In this document: positions 59,596-64,000 of the stretch, one piece after another | Numbering within the stretch: the stretch's first letter is position 1 | Layout of the letters: each line of letters starts with the position of its first letter | Origin: Zygnema circumcarinatum SAG 698-1b | Taxonomy: Eukaryota > Plantae > Zygnematophyceae | Assembly: GCA_037447605.1 (NCBI GenBank) | Contig: CM074820.1 | Location: 682,001 to 746,000, forward strand | Direction: 5' to 3' | Length of the DNA: 64,000 nucleotides | Position numbers and translations under genes: made by a program | The notes under the pieces: generated by a model | Seen by the model: only the letters and a program-made list of their open reading frames with translations | Told to the model about the DNA's origin: nothing | Database searches by the model: none

Positions 59596-62500
59596 TGTTG
59601 TACGGGGCTAGAGGCCGTACAACGTTTGGCGCATAGTCTCTAGCGAATAATGAACTAGACGCGAGCATCAAGCGACAAGGCTGGTCGCGCGAACAGATGT
59701 GATGCGACAAGTTCTGGTACCGATACGAAACGGAGTATCGGCACGAGCGGACGCGAATCGACATATCGGACGCGGCCGCGCGCGCGGGCGCGCGAGTCGC
59801 TAAGTCCCGACTATGGGCGGGCGCGAACGCGAGTGGGCGCGCGGAGTCGTCAAGTTCGGAAACTGTACGGACGCGCGAACCCGCCTACCTTCGGCGGAAT
59901 AGCGACTCAGGCGCGACGGCCGCGAAGGAGACGACGGCAGCCGGAAAAGCTCAAGGGCCGAGAAGGGGACCATCGACGGCGAAGCGCCACGGGTCCCCTA
60001 TTGCCGGATGCATGGCCCTTGCACGCCGGCAGAGGTGACCGGGTCACCTGCTGCCGCGACTACTTAAAGCTGCTCAGCTGCGCTGAAGCTGCTTCCAATC
60101 TCACACTAGGGGTAGTGTGCAGCGAGGTGGAACGTTCAACCTCATAACACATGCCATTAGGGGCGTGTAGCGAGCTGAGGCCGAGCCTGTAGTTAAGGAG
60201 AGGAATAGTGCTGCTAGTCTTGGGAAATAGGAAGTGGGGTAGTGCAAGCTGCATTAAGCGGCCAGGGGCTGCTTGAATCTGTTGTACTTCACCTCCAAAG
60301 AAAATCAGAGTTTTATGCCCGGTGGGGCTTTCTCTATCTTGACGTCTCTTGTCTTGCATCTGTCTTGAGCTTTCCTTTCGCGAACAGCTGCTGCGAAGAT
60401 GTCTACGACTCAAGAGCCGAGTGGAGGCGACTCTGTCGAGGGTGGTTCCACCATGGAATTACCAACAAGTGGTATCAGAGCTGATGGAGACATTCGGCAT
60501 ACTATTCCCATCTTTAAAGGTACTAACTACAAGGGCGGGCGGTGGCACATGATGACCCTTCTACAGACCAAGGATCTGGTTCAGTATGTCAACGGGAGCA
60601 TCAGACCACCGACCGAGGATTCGACCATGACTGCCGACGAGCTATCAACATGGACGAAGAAGGACGCTCGAGTGAGGCAGCTCATTGCCTCAAGCGTCAG
60701 AGGGAACCCTGCAAAGATACTTCGGGTGCTACAGTCTGCCTACGCAATGTGGGAGAAGCTCGCCAAGATCTACGACACCATCAATATCGACAAAACAGTC
60801 TTCATTCAAGTGACGGAGAAGACCAGCTTTGAGGACGTGATGGCGGTCGAGCAGCGGAGGCCTCAAAAGACGAGTGAAGCGCCGGACGAATTCTGCACTT
60901 ACAACAAGAGGAACGATCACCTTGAAGTCAAATGTCGCACCAAGAAGGCTGCCCTGGGCAACGGACCGCCCTCCAGCGCACCAAAAAAGGACGGCATCGG
61001 CAAAGACAAGGAGACCCTTTGCTACAAGTGGGAGCCACCGGGACACTCTACATGCGACTGCACGGGAGACAGTCGCAATCACGTGTGCTAAGGGAGCACA
61101 CACGAAGGCGGCAAAGCAACGCACGCTTCCCACAGCGCGCTCAAGCTGCCGCCAAACTGCCCACGCTACGGATGGCGTGACGAGCAGCCAAGCCGCGAGT
61201 GCTGGGAGCACACGCGAAGGGGAGCAACGTGCACCTACGATAGTGCACTCAGCTACTATATAATTGCCCCCACGACGAACTGTCCGAGGAGCAATGAAGC
61301 CGTGCGTGCTGGGAGCACACACGAAGGATTGACGCGAGTCTCTCACGGCCCGCTCAACAATCAAGGAGCCTGCCCGCGCCACGGCCAGCGCGACGAGCAG
61401 AAGATCCGCGCACACCTCGGGGAGGGAGCGCGAAGGCGGACCACGCGCGCTAACGACAGCGCGCTCACGGACCGTAGTCCTGCTCACAACGCGAGGAGCA
61501 GTGACAAAGAACCGCACGAGCTGAGCGCAGCACGGGCGAAAGCGGAGGAGCTGCATGCGCTACGTACACCGCACGCAACGACCGCAACCTTACCCGCACC
61601 ACGGATGGTGCGAGTATCTTCAAATCAGCGAGCACCTTGGAGGCTGCCCGCAACGGCGGAGTCACGCGCGCCATCGACAGCGCGCGCAGCACCCCGCGGA
61701 TCTGCCCGCGCCATGGGGAGCACGAGCAGCATCATCAGAGCCGCAAGAGCCACGGGGAGCACTTGCGACGACGGAGCTGCATGCGCTATCGACAGCGCTT
61801 GCAATGACCGAGTACCTGCCCGCGTCACAGAGAACACGAGCAGCAAGACCCACGCGTGCTGAGCGTAGCATGCGTGAAGGGGGAGCATCGGCGAGCGCTT
61901 CGGACAGCGCGTCCCGCGACCTCAAAACCTGCAAGCACGCGAAAAGCGCGAGCAGGAACGCACCCCGATCGCTCTGGGGAGCGATCAAGATCATTACGAC
62001 GCTGACAGAGGCGCTGCACGCAGCGCACCCAGCAGCCATGGACCTGGCCGAGCCGACGATGGGAGCGGCCATTTCCGAACCGCGAAGGTCCCGGCGGGGG
62101 CACGCGAAGGCGAAACCTCGCGCGCGACGAATTGCGCGCGCGGCATACGCGAATCGAAACCACGCGCGACACCGACATCGCGCGCGACGAATTCGAAGTC
62201 GAAAATTGTACGGACAATTTTTCACACGAAAACGGCTGACGGAGCCCGAAATTGGTCGGCGCGACGAACCTTCACGCCGTGACGTGACAAGTCGACAAAT
62301 GTTCGCGGCCCCGGGCGGCGCGCGAAGTTTCACTCAGGGGAGTACGGAGCCGACATTCAATGGGGGAAACGCGTCCGTACACACGGACCTCCAATTCAAC
62401 CAAGTTTCGGCACCGGCGACTTGGCCACGTGGCGTACAGCGGTCTGGAGACCCCGCGACGCAGAGTCTCGTAGGGGACGCTCCCCTTCACGACACTCACG

Positions 62501-64000
62501 AAGACGGGAGAAGTCTGCCCCCACTACGCGGCGGCAAATTCACCGTCATCCCTTCACGACCCACGGCGCGGTGGAGTACCGCGTGACACGGAGGTTAGAA
62601 CCGGCTTGCAGCGATCACTGTGGACCGATCACACCGAAGGGAGGAGAGAAGGTACATGATCACATTCTTGATCACTACTCAAGGATAGTCTGGACTGAGC
62701 AGTTGGCGCAAAAGAGCGTGGCATTAGGGACCTTTCCTGCTTGACAGATAGAGGCAGAAAGGTAGTCCGGGAGAATTCAGAGATTCAGGATGGATAATGG
62801 GGGAGAGAGTAGATGATCCCTCCAGCCCTCTGAATAGTCACAGTCCCTTGGGATTCCACACGCGTTCACGGCCCCGTATAGCCCACTGAGCACGGCGCAG
62901 CCGAGAGAAAGTGAACCGTTCCCTTAGGCGACATGACAAGGTCGAGGCTTAGTAAGTCACCCTTCACCCCTGGGGAGAAGCGATCCTTACGGCGGCCTAC
63001 ACCCGGAAGAAGATGTCCCTCCAGCGCCCTGAAAGATTCCAAGGAGGTACCCGAAGAGGAGAGCACCAAGGAGAAACAGCACGCGCGGCCTCAAGAGGAG
63101 CCGCTCCCGGTACACGAAGTTTTCCCATTGAGAGGGGGTTCCCGGGAGGTGAGGNNNNNNNNNNGAGACAGTCGCAATCACGTGTGCTAAGGGAGCACAC
63201 ACGAAGGCGGCAAAGCAACGCACGCTTCCCACAGCGCGCTCAAGCTGCCGCCAAACTGCCCACGCTACGGATGGCGTGACGAGCAGCCAAGCCGCGAGTG
63301 CTGGGAGCACACGCGAAGGGGAGCAACGTGCACCTACGATAGTGCACTCAGCTACTATATAATTGCCCCCACGACGAACTGTCCGAGGAGCAATGAAGCC
63401 GTGCGTGCTGGGAGCACACACGAAGGATTGACGCGAGTCTCTCACGGCCCGCTCAACAATCAAGGAGCCTGCCCGCGCCACGGCCAGCGCGACGAGCAGA
63501 AGATCCGCGCACACCTCGGGGAGGGAGCGCGAAGGCGGACCACGCGCGCTAACGACAGCGCGCTCACGGACCGTAGTCCTGCTCACAACGCGAGGAGCAG
63601 TGACAAAGAACCGCACGAGCTGAGCGCAGCACGGGCGAAAGCGGAGGAGCTGCATGCGCTACGTACACCGCACGCAACGACCGCAACCTTACCCGCACCA
63701 CGGATGGTGCGAGTATCTTCAAATCAGCGAGCACCTTGGAGGCTGCCCGCAACGGCGGAGTCACGCGCGCCATCGACAGCGCGCGCAGCACCCCGCGGAT
63801 CTGCCCGCGCCATGGGGAGCACGAGCAGCATCATCAGAGCCGCAAGAGCCACGGGGAGCACTTGCGACGACGGAGCTGCATGCGCTATCGACAGCGCTTG
63901 CAATGACCGAGTACCTGCCCGCGTCACAGAGAACACGAGCAGCAAGACCCACGCGTGCTGAGCGTAGCATGCGTGAAGGGGGAGCATCGGCGAGCGCTTC
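59596..64000 (+). mobile_element. Degenerate Ty1/copia related to family D: LTR 59596-60467, PBS 60470-60481, deleted gag, expanded linker, decayed integrase
   Basis: LTR start TGTTGTACGGGGCTAGAGGCCGTACAAC resembles 33482; exact TGGTATCAGAGC; gag IPIFKGTNY...WTKKDARVRQLI...AYAMWEKL; frameshifted integrase 62400-63060. Confidence 0.88.

Noticed and set aside
63165-64000. Apparently exact duplicate of ~61066-61901
   Set aside because: It begins immediately after a 10-N gap and appears identical, so it is most likely redundant assembly.

Overview
Eukaryotic nuclear DNA from the green-plant lineage, most likely a streptophyte alga. This is inferred from the plant-type H+-ATPase and RPS14, telo-boxes, SSR-rich introns and tRNA-iMet-primed LTR elements. 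It is a draft assembly with many 10-N gaps. Bases 1-22 kb are genic: the 5' half of a P3A plasma-membrane H+-ATPase (minus), a cluster of three paralogous tandem CCCH zinc-finger genes, a possible zinc-ribbon gene divergent from RPS14 (uS11), and an intronless multi-pass membrane gene. Bases 22.9-53 kb are a nest of LTR retrotransposons: a Ty3/gypsy host carrying a Ty1/copia and three chromovirus copies, with swapped TSDs and LTR subtypes showing the central block is inverted. Bases 53-64 kb hold a non-autonomous hAT element, tandem repeats and a degenerate copia. The highlight, invisible in the ORF track, is that the third CCCH gene splices in frame over 5 exons (9855-12062, 407 aa). It joins 7 Nab2-type CCCH fingers to a tankyrase-like PARP catalytic domain with an intact H-Y-E triad. 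Two finger-only paralogues lie next to it, giving a ZAP/PARP12-like RNA-sensor plus ADP-ribosyltransferase architecture that is not among the canonical plant PARPs.
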